A DNA stretch of 64,000 nt from Mobula hypostoma (Eukaryota): positions 20,894,001 to 20,958,000 of the forward strand of contig NC_086106.1 of the NCBI RefSeq assembly GCF_963921235.1, read 5' to 3'. Positions 24,825 through 36,170 of the stretch are shown here, piece by piece; the stretch's first letter is position 1; every line of letters begins with the position of its first letter. The position numbers and the translations under genes were made by a program. The notes beneath the pieces were generated by a model that worked only from the letters and a program-made list of their open reading frames with translations, had not been told where the DNA came from and made no database searches.

Positions 24825-27179
24825 CATACATAGCCAAGGAATTTCAGAACCAATTGCCGCTGCTCTCTAATTTTGTGGTCAAGTCCTTCTGACAGATGTT
24901 CAATGATGGCCCAAGTGCAAAGTGAGAGAGACAGACATACAATCAACACGTTCCTGAGCATTGTTTGTAACTGCACAGAACAGAAAAAATAATAAACACT
25001 AGACCAATAGGGCCGATGACTAAAACTCTCCAACGAAGAAAATCCCTGCGGCTCTAATGCAGAAACCCAGAGCAAATTTAATTCCGTACGTTCGCAGCGC
25101 ATGTCTCATCACTAATCCTCTTTTCCTAAACATGGAACAAGACAAGTAAAGAGTCTTATCTCTGTTTCGAACAAGACGTGACAAGACGTAAACAAAATGA
25201 AGGGGAGATAAATACATTTGCAAATAAATCCTAATTAGCTGGATGATGTCATTCTGACATGTCGCCTACTTTCAGCCGTCCACCTGCGAGGAAAACAAGT
25301 TAGTTTTTGTTTCAAATAGTGGAAAGGAATAGATGGATCTCTCATACGGCGAGGTGGACTGCAGTAATTGATGTTTTTCTCGTTGGTAAAATAATATCTG
25401 GGAAACTCCTACTCCAATGAAGTACATAATTTCCTTGCATTTCTTTATGTTTCTTAGATTGTATCAATTTTGCTTCCATTGCTAACTGGCATTCCTTTGT
25501 GCTTCACTCCACTCTTGCCCTCACACTGAAAACTAACAAAAGGCAGCAACTTGCATGCTGCACAGCAGTCTCCTGTAACGGAATCTATAGATATATACAG
25601 CAAGAAAACAGGCCCTTTTTCGACATTGAGTCTGCATCGACCAACCCTAACCATTGACAGTTAGCGTTCACTAACTCCACGTGTTGTTCTCCTCGTAATC
25701 CTGCCCAACACTGCATCACAGATCTTGTCCCTCACTCAAAAACTAGCGTCAACTAACATTGTCCATCTGAGTTATCAAACCGCTGTTTTATGTGGACCGA
25801 GAGAAGGCAGGACCACCGAGGAAGCTTTCTGCCCACTGAGGAAACTCTTTCGGACGCAAGTAAACGTGCAAAACAAAAAAAACAAAGAAACAAAAAATAC
25901 ATCGATAACCCCTCAGAATCAGAATCAGAAACAAATTTATTATCATCGGCATGTGTCGAGAAATTTGTTAAATTAGCAGCAGTGGTTCAATGCATAATAT
26001 AAAAAAATATATATAAATATCTACATTAATTAGAGTGTACGTATTTTGAACACATTACAATCGTGAAATAAACAGAAATAATATATATTTTAAAAAGTCT
26101 GTTAATGTTCATCTGAGGACAGGATTCATTTGGATACCTGGAGTTGTGACGTAGCATCTCCAAATTTTGTTTCATTATGCCCTATACAGTATTCCGAACT
26201 CTGCCAATGTGAAAAAAAAAAGAAAAAGATTATCAGACAGTGGGAGCAGGCATATAAGAAAGCTTAATACAGGTTTGATCCAGACTCTTACACTCCCTAT
26301 ATAGCACCACACCCCCCACCAAATGGCTCTGCAAACCATAATGCAAATTTTAATTATGCACCTGCATTCAATCGGTATGTTTTCCACATATCTCCTCCTG
26401 TTTACGTGCAATTCATGATGCAAGTATATACTCAAGGTCCACTTGAAGGAGTGCAGCCACGCTTCCGACGCCAGACAGCTTCCATGCGCTGTCATTTAAA
26501 GGCGGAGTAAGAGTTTTCGTGCTTGTAGTGATTCCATGTATTGGAGCATGGATAAATTTTGCGTTAGTGCCCTGTTACGGACCTGTATCTTGACGTGCAA
26601 ATATTTGCTGTTCCTACACAGTCATCTTCATTCTAATAAGATGCTCAGAGCTGACTAAGAGAACGGTCTAAAGAAATGGACAGCAAACATTTAAATTATA
26701 TCTCCTATGGAAAATACATATTGATAAACCATTTCAAAGAGTTATTCTTAAAGTTAACACATTAGCCGACATATTCTGGTGATATTAATTCTATTCTGAG
26801 TTTGATCGTGAATGCTGTGTAGAGTGAATTAGATTGTGTAATTTCCATATATAATGGGATTCAATACAATCCCATCTTGGTATTACGCTCATAGTGTAAC
26901 CAATTTTCATGTTCATAATACACCTTAATAGCAATAATAAAATCTAATAACGAATTGCACAAAATGGAATGGTGCAACAACTGCAGTGCAATAGCAACGT
27001 TGTGCAAAGATTGTAAGAGTGCAATATAAAAAGGCGACCCATATGATATTATTAGAATATTGCAGAATAAGAAGGAGCTACTCAACAAGCAGTCAATATT
27101 CCTGTAATAACATGCTCTAAGCAGATCTGTCTGAGAATAGAAGAATACGAAATTAAAGCAAACATAAATGCTGTAAGTT

Positions 27180-27560
27180 TACGGGCGAAAGACGACCATG
27201 ACCTCTGTAATCTGCAATAAAGAAAGCAAACGGGCTGACTGCTGCATTATTTGACGTCTACAAAATAAAGTCCTTTTTTTCAGATTCATTGAACGAATGC
27301 TGGCTTCGTAGGCTGAGCCAGCAATAAATTGCTCACCGTTCCTTGCCCTTGATAATGTGTCGGCCTGCTTCCTTCTTGAACAAGACAGTCTTAATGGTGT
27401 GCTGATGTGCATCAAGCTGATATCGAGAGAGTTCCAACAGGAGGAACATTCTACCAGGTCGGAAATCTGAAGGGTTACGAAGAGGCTCAATTTTCCACTG
27501 GTTCTGGTTCTCCAAGCTTTTGCTGTCCTAGTCCCTATAGTTGGGGGAGCCATTCGGTTT
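27180..27560 (-). mobile_element. Degenerate RTE-clade LINE endonuclease fragment
   Basis: WKIEPLRNPSDFRPGR..LELSRYQLDA resembles the RTE APE start WNVRTL.DN..SDRPERR..ELARYNIDIA. Confidence 0.5.
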
Positions 27561-27758
27561 AGAATGTGCTGTCTAACAAGACTTGGTGACTTGCTGCAGT
27601 TCATTTTGTCCATGTAGCAAACTGCTGGACAACGCCAGTGGTGACTGAGTCAACAGGGTACATGTATGGTGGGCGATCGTGTTAAAATGTAGGTTCAGTC
27701 TGATACGATGTTAACTACCCGCCTCTGGTGGTCCCCCTAGCGATTTCCAGTGCATAGA

Positions 27759-27796
27759 GGTTTTTCACCAGATCAGCCGTCGGTTACTTGACTGTG
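27759..27796 (-). other. 22/23-type RSS of V3
   Basis: Minus strand: CACAGTC + 22 nt + TGAAAAACC, directly after TGT GCA GCA AG. Confidence 0.85.
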
Positions 27797-29555
27797 CTTG
27801 CTGCACAATAATACACAGCAGCATCCTCCACTCCAATGGGATTTATTTGCAAATAAAAGTTATTCCGATATGCGCTAGTCTTCAGTCTTCCCTGAAGTTC
27901 AGGAGCATAGTTTATACTAGAAGAGTCGAAGTATCTCACCATCCATTCCATACCTTTCCCTGAAAGGTGCCGATACCAGTACACGACATAGTCATCAATC
28001 GACCCTCCCGACATTTCACAAGAGAGGCGCTGGATACCTCCGAGTTCTGCAGAAGCAGAATTGCGCTGTGTCAGCACGAGCTCAGTTCTGGCTTCTATTA
28101 AAAAAAAGAGAGATACATTAAAATATAATTTAAGACATTTACCATAACCCGATTATCCATAGATGATACTGTAACGGCCCCTTAGCTGCGGAGGAGAGGA
28201 GGGTCTTCTCTGTTTCTGGAGACGATGGTTTTGCCCGTACTCAGTCTGGCTGAATGTCAATATTGGTCTTCTCCGTGGATTGTCACCTTGCCGTGGTGGA
28301 AAAGCTTGTGTGGTCCTGTGATCGCGAGAGCAATGTCGTCTAGAGTTATGCTCCTGGTAGGGTCATCCACGGCGGTAAGGTGGAGGGTGAAGTCCCTGAC
28401 AAAGAACAATCCAACCAAGGTCTCAACGGTAGAACAGGACGAAGTTACCTCGAGCTCAACGGCTGTGATGGTGGATAAAGGCTGCAACAAATTATGGTAC
28501 CTCTGAAATTTCCAACATATTCGTCTGTCGAAACGTGATGGATCTCAAAAAGAAAATGTTTCTCACTCTGCAACCACTCTCTGATCGACTGCGTGTTTCC
28601 GGAATTTTCAGTTTTATTCACTGTTCCCTTTAAGCCTGGTGGATGCACAGCCGTGCAGTATCGTTGCTGCTGCCCAACTTGAATTTATTTTATTTTGTGT
28701 AAATATGATTTTGAAATTATGCTAATGTAATTTTGAAATGCATGTTAATATAATTGTGAACTACCTTGTATTACCCTTGCGTTAATGACCATAACCCACA
28801 AGTTTTCTAAATAACAGACGTACAATATCCTTTAATTTGAAATATTTAGGGATTGAACTTATTTACATTGTCTGTTGTTTCAAGTTACAACGCTGTTAAA
28901 ATTGAAGCAATATGTACAGAACGGAAGTCGGTGGTTCATTGTTCCTAAACCGCCGCCCTGCTGAACGCTCCAAAATTAAAATTTTAAAGTGTACGAAACT
29001 TGAAGGACTTTCTTTGTTATGCTGTATTTCATTATATCCCGCATTTAATAAATCAATTAAAAATAATGCGTGTGCTTTTCATTGCAATTACAATGGATAT
29101 TGCAAAACGACATTTAAAGAGCCAGTACATTTTATGCCATTTAAAAATGTCCTGCTCAGAGCAATAGTTGGGCGGCACTGCTGTTTCGTTTTATTTTAAG
29201 CCTTCCCCTGTTAATTCTGTCGCAAAGTTAGTCAGCTTCAAATATATAAATATACTGTTCGTTCATTTCTGTTGCAGCTACATTGCTGCTGAATTATAAT
29301 TTCTCTTCTATTTCCAGACTGAACTTCAAAGTGCGCATGGACAGGAGCAACATCTCTCCAGCTACCCTTATAACGATTCCCACAGTTGTAGTGCCTTCTG
29401 TTAATTGACTGCATTCCTAGTGTATGTTTACAGCTGGGCTTTTCTTTTCTTTTTTTATGACATATTAATCAGTTATCGTAGTAAAACTAGGGATAGGAAC
29501 AAAACTCACGGAACACACGAGACAACATCACAACGAGGAATATGTCCACTTCCAT
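27797..29555 (-). CDS. Intact stand-alone Ig-superfamily V segment V3 (leader 29510-29555, intron 28095-29509, V exon 27797-28094), TAILV-like hybrid
   Basis: 46-nt leader MEVDIFLVVMLSRVF|gtgagt splices in phase 1 to ttttttttaatag|, giving ..FQART-ELVLTQRNSASAELGGIQRLSCEMSGGSIDDYVVYWYRHLSGKGMEWMVRYFDSSSINYAPELQGRLKTSAYRNNFYLQINPIGVEDAAVYYCAA. Cys23/Trp41/Cys104 intact. The family label is inference. Confidence 0.88.
28170..28490 (+). mobile_element. RTE-clade LINE 5'UTR fragment inside the V3 leader intron
   Basis: caccttgccgtggtgg...atgctcctggtagggtca...gacaaagaacaatccaaccaag resembles vertebrate RTE 5'UTRs (from recall). Long stem 28284-28300 with 28366-28382. Confidence 0.6.
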
Positions 29556-29663
29556 TTCAGGCGAAATTCGTAAGCCTGCAGAATTCGGAGACACCGCAAA
29601 CTAAATAATTTGCTTCCTAGTGGGAGGGTAATATCAAGCATCGCACATAAGCTCGTGCGACGT

Positions 29664-29673
29664 CTACGTCATT
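29664..29673 (-). promoter_or_regulatory. CRE-like motif upstream of the V3 leader
   Basis: AATGACGTAG on the V3 sense strand ~110 nt before ATG. Only an imperfect octamer (AAGCAAAT) lies closer in. Confidence 0.35.
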
Positions 29674-31399
29674 AGGCCACTTAGCAGAGCATAGGATTCG
29701 GTGCAATCGGAAATTGCGTTGGCAAGCTGTAATCATTGCCTGTGCATAATAGCGTATGCATTGCTTGATATTTGATCAGTTGAATTACAACGACAGACTC
29801 AAAGAGTACATTCAGTTAATCTACTTTTAGCATAAGGAAGGCTGAATTAAAGTACTTCAATGCATACAAGAACAAGCCGGTGTGATGTGCTGGACGCAAT
29901 TTCATTTGTAGTGTGTTTAGTCATATGTAGCACACTTATTTCTTATGTGTGATTGATTAGCAAATAAATAATGTAGATGTTGCAAGATTAAAGTAATTAT
30001 TTAAGGTGATGGAAACGCAGAGCATCAGTGGCTTCTTAGCCTTTCAACGAGTTCTTGCTTTAGATTCAATCGGTTATATTTCGGATATGTCAGTAAGGAA
30101 GGGTTTCTATTTGAGGCTGGAACCGGCAGCCTCAAACAGAATTCAGCTCATCTGAAGAAGTAACTAGAGGAGTACTTGAAGCATAGAAAATTTCACTGAT
30201 ACAGATGGGAGCCAGACAGAATAAAAAAATCTTGAAAAAAAAGTCGCGCTGATTTTACTAATCATCTATCGAAACGATGGGCCGGATATTTTCAGTTGGG
30301 TGCCAACAATAGATTTCCCTGGTTAAATCTTCAGCTGCCAGTTAAATGCCGGACAGCAGACAAGAAGTTTACCTGATAATTACACCGTATTGAAGGTGAA
30401 TATTAGAGGAAAAAAAAAAAACAACAACAACTCAATGGCTCACCAGCTTGTTTCAAAGAAAGATCAAAGAACGCTATGGTAAGATTCACAACTTCCATAG
30501 CTCACTATTTATGTTCCGATCTGTCCATTCGAGACCACTTTTGCGAAAGTATTGTACGGTTGGAGCAACACACACACACACAATGATGTGGGAGGGTACG
30601 GCCCGAAACGTTGAGTGCTTATGCATCCCCATCGATGCTACCTGACCTGACAGATCAACAGATTTGTGTCCGTGTTCCTCTGGATATCCAGCTTCTTTAG
30701 CATATTTTTAATTTGGATGCAGTAATTTCTTTTCTCGACTTTTGATGCCGATTTTCCTTGGCCAGCTATGGCCATGCCGACTATCTATTTTAGACACATT
30801 GAACTTACCTGTCGGCCTTAGTATGCACCTGTCTGTGTAATTCCAATTAAACGGCAAGTTGAACTGTACCGTAAACGTCCTGATAGAATCTGATTCAACA
30901 AATTCATAAGGCAACATGCTTTACACATGCAACTTTTCATAAGTCTTAACTCTCAGATCTACCTAAAGAATTCTTCCTGAAAACTTGTCCTTATGCCTTT
31001 GATAACATTGCTATGAGAAAACAATATGTGCATTGAATAAATATCTCTCATTATCAGATATGCTTATATTTATATTCAGCCTTGTTTACACTAATGAAAA
31101 GAATGCCAACACACTCCATCGCTCCACAGCACTAAAGTAAACTTTTTTTCCTAAAGCAACGTCCTGGTACATCTCTTTTTTCTTTAATATATTGTCCAAG
31201 CATATTCTGAAACACAAAGAATACAAATACACCGCCCACTCGTTGGGCACGACCTCAAGGGTGCTAATATTTGGATTGATTCTATTGTCACAGGCTATGA
31301 GGGGAAGGGTGAGTACATGACCGATCAACGCATGTCTAAGAAAAAGAAGTGTAGGGAACACTAACAATTTTCTCTATCGGAAGTTCTTCTGACGTTTGG

Positions 31400-31995
31400 G
31401 GATGGGGTGGGGAGGAGTGGAGAGGTGTAGAGCAATGCATGAATGTCATGTTACACCTGAAACTGGAGGAGGAAACCAACATCATGATAGACAGATTTTG
31501 TCGTGCTAGTGTTAAGCTAGATTTATCCATGGAGAATGATAAGGAAGGGAGAACATATATTGGAATTGATTGTATGTAGTGCAATGCCTGTGGCGTGATA
31601 AATATGATGGGATAACATAGGTCCTGTAGAGCTCAATGCGACTGGGATATTGTATCCATTACGGAAATATAGCTAAGGGCGGGATATGACTGCCAACTAA
31701 ATGTTCCAACAAACAGAGGCTTCAGGTAAGCGGAGAAAAGAGAGGAAGGGAAGTTGCATTTAGATTAATGTAGACATCCCAGTAATAGCAGCGATGAAAT
31801 TACTGATCGCTATCCATTGAGATTTTTTGAGTGGATCGTCGAAATAAGAAGGGAATGATTGCATTATGGGTTTGTAAAACATGCCCCAAAATAGCCAATG
31901 GAAAGTAGAATAATAAATATACAGGGGGACTGTGAAGAACTGTGACAATAATACGTTGTCGCAGTCGAGGTTTTAAACTTCGCTGTCATAGTCAT
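31400..31995 (+). mobile_element. Old CR1 fragment (ORF1 end and APE start)
   Basis: LHL.WR.TNI-like ORF1 end, then WDIVSITE..L and GDFNF-like APE motifs, all degenerate. Confidence 0.55.
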
Positions 31996-32215
31996 GACTT
32001 TGGAAACGGTAGAACAATATTACCTACCCTCCAATCCTCTGGTACCTCCCGAGTCGCTAAGAATTATTATAATACCTCTACAAGGGACCGGCGGTTTTTA
32101 CGCTTGACATCCATAGGCTCCGAGGGAGCATCTGCCAGGCCTTGGGGATCTATGGACCCTGACATGCCTCAGGAATGCAATGACTTCCACTTCTGTAATC
32201 CACAAAGGTCAATGA

Positions 32216-34812
32216 CCTTTATGGGTTGAACTAAGAAATCGCTGGAGTAAAAGTAACCTGATGGCAGTAAAAAACAGGACTCCAAACAGCTGCAGTGATG
32301 TGGACTACAAATTACAACAGAGAATACAGAAGGCCTGTCAGAAATTCAGTATTTTGATTATTTTGGAGGATTTTAACATGCGAGTAGATTGGGAAAATCA
32401 GATCGACACTGGATCTCTAGAGAGAACTTGTAGAATATCTGCGAGATGGCATTTTAGAACAGCTTTTTTTTTTAGCCCACTAGGAGATCGGCTGTACTGG
32501 ATTGGGTATTGCGTAATGAACCGGAGGTGATTAGGAAGACTGGGGTGAAGGAACCCTTAGGAGACAGTGATCATACCATGATTGAGTTCACTGTGAAAGT
32601 CGAAAAAGAGAGGCCGAAATCCGATGTGTCGGTATTTCAGTGGAGTAAAGGATATTATAGTGGCATGAGAGAGGAACTGGCCAAAGATGACTGGAAAGGG
32701 ACACTGGCCGGACGGACGGCAGAGCAGCAATGGCTGGAGTTTATGCGAGAAATGTGGAAGGTGCAAGACAGATATATTCCAAAAAAGAAGAAATTTACGA
32801 ATGGAAAAATGATGCAACCATGGCTGACAAGTGAATGCCAAAGTTAAAGCAAAGTACAGGGCTTACAAGGAAGCAAAAGTTAGTGGAAAGACAGAGGAAT
32901 GGGAAGGAAACTAAGAAGATAATTAAAAGGGAAAAGATTAACTATGAAAGAAAGCTAGCAAATAATACCAAAGAGGATACTGAAAAGCTTTGTCAAGTAT
33001 ATAAAGAGTAAAAGATAGGTGAGAGTAGATACAGGACCGATAGAAAATGATGCTGGAGAAATTGTAGTGGGATATAAGGAGATGGCAGAGAAAATGAGCG
33101 AGTATTTTGTATCAGCCTTCACTGAGGAAGACATCAGCAGTATACCGGACACTCAAGGGTGGCAGCGAAGAGAAGTGTGCGTAGTCACAGTTACGACAGA
33201 GAAAGTACTCAGGAAGCTGAATTGTCTAAAGGTAGATACATCTCCGGCACCAGATGGAACGCACCCTCGTGTTCTGAAGGAAGTAGATGTAGAGATTGCG
33301 GAGGCATTAACGATGATCCTTCAAAAGTCGATAGATTTTGGTATGGTTCCGGAGGACTGGAAAAAGCAAATGTCACGCAGCTATTTAAGAAGATAGCAAA
33401 GAAAAAAAAAATGAAACTATAAACCTGTTAGCTTGACATCGGTGGTTGGGAAGTTGTTGGAGTCGATGGTCAAGGATGAGGTTACGGAGTACCTGTAGGC
33501 ATATTACAAGATAGGCAGAACTCATCATGGTTTCCTGAAAGGAAAATCCTACCTGACAAACCTATTACAATTTTTTGAGGAAATTGCAAGTAGGCTAGAC
33601 AAGGGAGTTGCAGTGAATGCTGTAGCTTGGATTTTCGGAAGGCCTTTGACAAGGTGCCACACATGAGGCTGCCAAACAAGATCAGAGCACATGGAATTAC
33701 AGGGAAGTTGCATACGTGGATAGGTGTTGCCTAAATGGCAGGAAACAGAGAGTGGGAATAAAGGGATCCTATTCTGTTTGGCTACCGGTTACCAGCGGTG
33801 TTCCACAGATGTCTGTGTTGGAGCCTCTTCTTTTTACTTTGTAAATTAACAATTTGGATTTTAAAATAGATGGCTTTGTGGCTAAGCTTTCTGATGATAC
33901 ACGGATGGGAGGAGGGGCCCGTAGTGCTGTGTCAACAGAGAGTATGCAAATAAAAACTTGGATAGGTTGGAAGAATGGGCAAAGAAGTGGCAAATGAAAT
34001 GCAATGTTGGAAAGTGTTTGATTATGCACTTTGGCAGCAGAAATAAACGGGCAGACTATTATTTAAATGGGGAGAGAATTCAAAGTTCTGAAATGCAACG
34101 GGACCTGCGAGACGTCGTGCAGGATACCTTTCAGTTGAATCTCCAGGTTGAGTCGGTGATGAAGAAGGCGAATATAATGTTGGCATTCATTTCTAGGGGA
34201 ATACAGTATAGGAGCAGGGATGTGATGTTGAGGCTCTATAAGGAGCTGGTGAAACCTCACTTGGAGTACTGTGGGCAGTTTTGGTCTCCTTATTTAAGAA
34301 AGGATGCGCTGACGTTGGAGAGGATACAGAGAAGATTCACTAGAATGATTCCGGGAATGAGAGAGTTAACATACGAGGAACGTTTGTCCGCTCTTGGACT
34401 GTATTCCTTGGAGTTTAGAAGAATGAGGGGGGACTTCATAGAAACATGTCGAATTTTAAGAGGCATGGACAGAGTGCATGTGGCAAAGTTGTTTCCCATG
34501 ATGTGGGAGTCCAGTACGAGAGGGATGACTTAAGCATTGAAGGGCGCCCATTCAGAACAGAGTGCAAAGACATTTTTTTGAGCCAGAGGGTGGTGAATAT
34601 ATGGAAATTGTCGAACGGGCGGCAGTGGAGGCAAATTCATTGGGCGTATTTAAGGCAGAGATTGATAGGTATCGAAGGAGCCAGGTTGTGGTGAGAAGGT
34701 GGGGGAGTGGGACTAAATGGGAGAATGGATCAGCTCATGATAAAATGGTGGAGCAGACTCGATGGGACGAATGGCCGACTTCTGCTCCTTAGTTTTATGG
34801 TCCTATGGTCTT
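32216..34812 (+). mobile_element. Younger 5'-truncated CR1 LINE (APE-RT)
   Basis: ORFs 32509-32847, 33019-33396 and 33958-34533 (PLGDSDH; GMVPEDWK; RLYKELVKPHLEYC.QFWSPYLRKD). Tail cctatggtctt. ATGA is duplicated at 32212-32215 and 34813-34816. Confidence 0.92.
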
Positions 34813-36170
34813 ATGAATTTGATGCCTCAGTGCTTCACTTCTACTGTCCCTGACCTGTCTCCTGTGTAAATCCACACGCGAAGCATTCATTTAAGCACTA
34901 TGCTATATGGTTTGACTCCACACAAGTGAATTATCCTTCTGGTGTTAAAGGAAGACTGATTTTTGCTCCTCACATATCTGCAGAATACCGTATGAAATTC
35001 TTTCACTCAGTTTTCCAGAGCTCCTTCGCGCCTTCTTTCCGACTTCTGATTTCTTTTTGAATTTTTCCCTTGTATTTCATATACTCTGTAAACACCCCTG
35101 TTGATCCTACTAGCCTATAACTGTTGTGTATTTCCTTTTCTCTCTTAACTAGTGCCTCATTAACTCTCTAGCACCAAGGTTCCCTGCACTTGTAATCTTT
35201 ACTTTTATTATTCTCACAGGGAGACACAAACTCCGTACTCTCAAAATTTCGTTTCTCAAGCCCTCCCACTGATTAATTACACCTTTTCATGAAAAAAAAA
35301 TGCCTGTCCCAACCTCTTATTTCTCAGACCATTTCTGGTATCCGCAGAACTGAATTTGTCCAATTCTCAACCGGCGGACCAGACCCATCTATTTTCATTT
35401 ATAGTTAGAAACGAATGGTATTGTGGTCAGTGGATGCGAGCTGTTACCCGACACTAATTCTGTCACGTATTGAATCTACTTACTGATGAAGGGAAGTTTC
35501 CTGAACAAATGTGGGAAACATGATCACATCGAATCCTTTTATAGAATGAGATCCCAAACAATATCTGGAATGTTAAAAAAAGCACTTAGTATAAAAAACC
35601 CGAAATTTCTTTTACGTCTGCGACCTATCGCGACGATATTATGTCTACCTTCAGTCCAGGTGCAAGAAGTCCCTTCTGTGCATGTCCTCCATTCACAGGA
35701 AACGAGCTAAGAAACCGAAAAAATCTTACGTCCACCCTCCTATACCAACCCCTTAATGACATTGAAAATGTATAATCTTCGTATATTTGGGCTTAGCTGC
35801 GTGTAGAAATCCTCAGATCACAAACCTGAATATCTTGCCCTTTATCGTAGCAACCGACACTTTGAAATCCCTGTGCAGAACCTCGTCACTCGTTTTACAC
35901 ATGTCATTGGTAACTAAGCAGACCATGAACCCTGGCTGTTCAGGCTTCGACTGAAGAACACTCAGGGCTCGATCGAAGATATCCCTGCCCTGCTGCCAGG
36001 GAGGCAACATACCATCCGGGAATTCGCTATCACCAACAGAAGCGCATTTCCGTTTCCCGAACTAACGAGTCCCCTATTATCACAGCACGCCACTTCTCTC
36101 CCCTTCGCTCCCGTGGCAAGGAGCCAGACTCAGTCCTAGAGAACCACCAACTCTCAGTATAGCCTCAATT
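34813..36170 (-). mobile_element. Inverted copy of the old CR1 (continues at 31998-32215 across the nested CR1)
   Basis: Reverse complement of ~17340-18760. Contains the ORF1 esterase fragment at 35790-36150. Confidence 0.75.

Noticed and set aside
28095-28170. V3 as a leaderless supporting V (NAR-TCR-like double-V receptor), or as an intronless leader-V needing one extra T in the T8 run
   Set aside because: A proper 46-nt phase-1 leader exon with a GTGAGT donor exists at 29510-29555 and gives a normal signal peptide.
27180-28490. The two RTE pieces flanking the V3 exon as halves of one element that mobilised V3
   Set aside because: They point in opposite directions and V3 remains collinear with its leader. 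Two independent insertions are simpler.
29300-29407. Strong plus-strand acceptor (ttctcttctatttccag) followed by a short open frame
   Set aside because: No donor or recognisable product, and it lies antisense inside the V3 intron.
29630-29772. 11-bp inverted repeat AATATCAAGCA/TGCTTGATATT around the V3 promoter motif (possible MITE)
   Set aside because: No TSD, and a rough estimate gives about one such match by chance in 64 kb.
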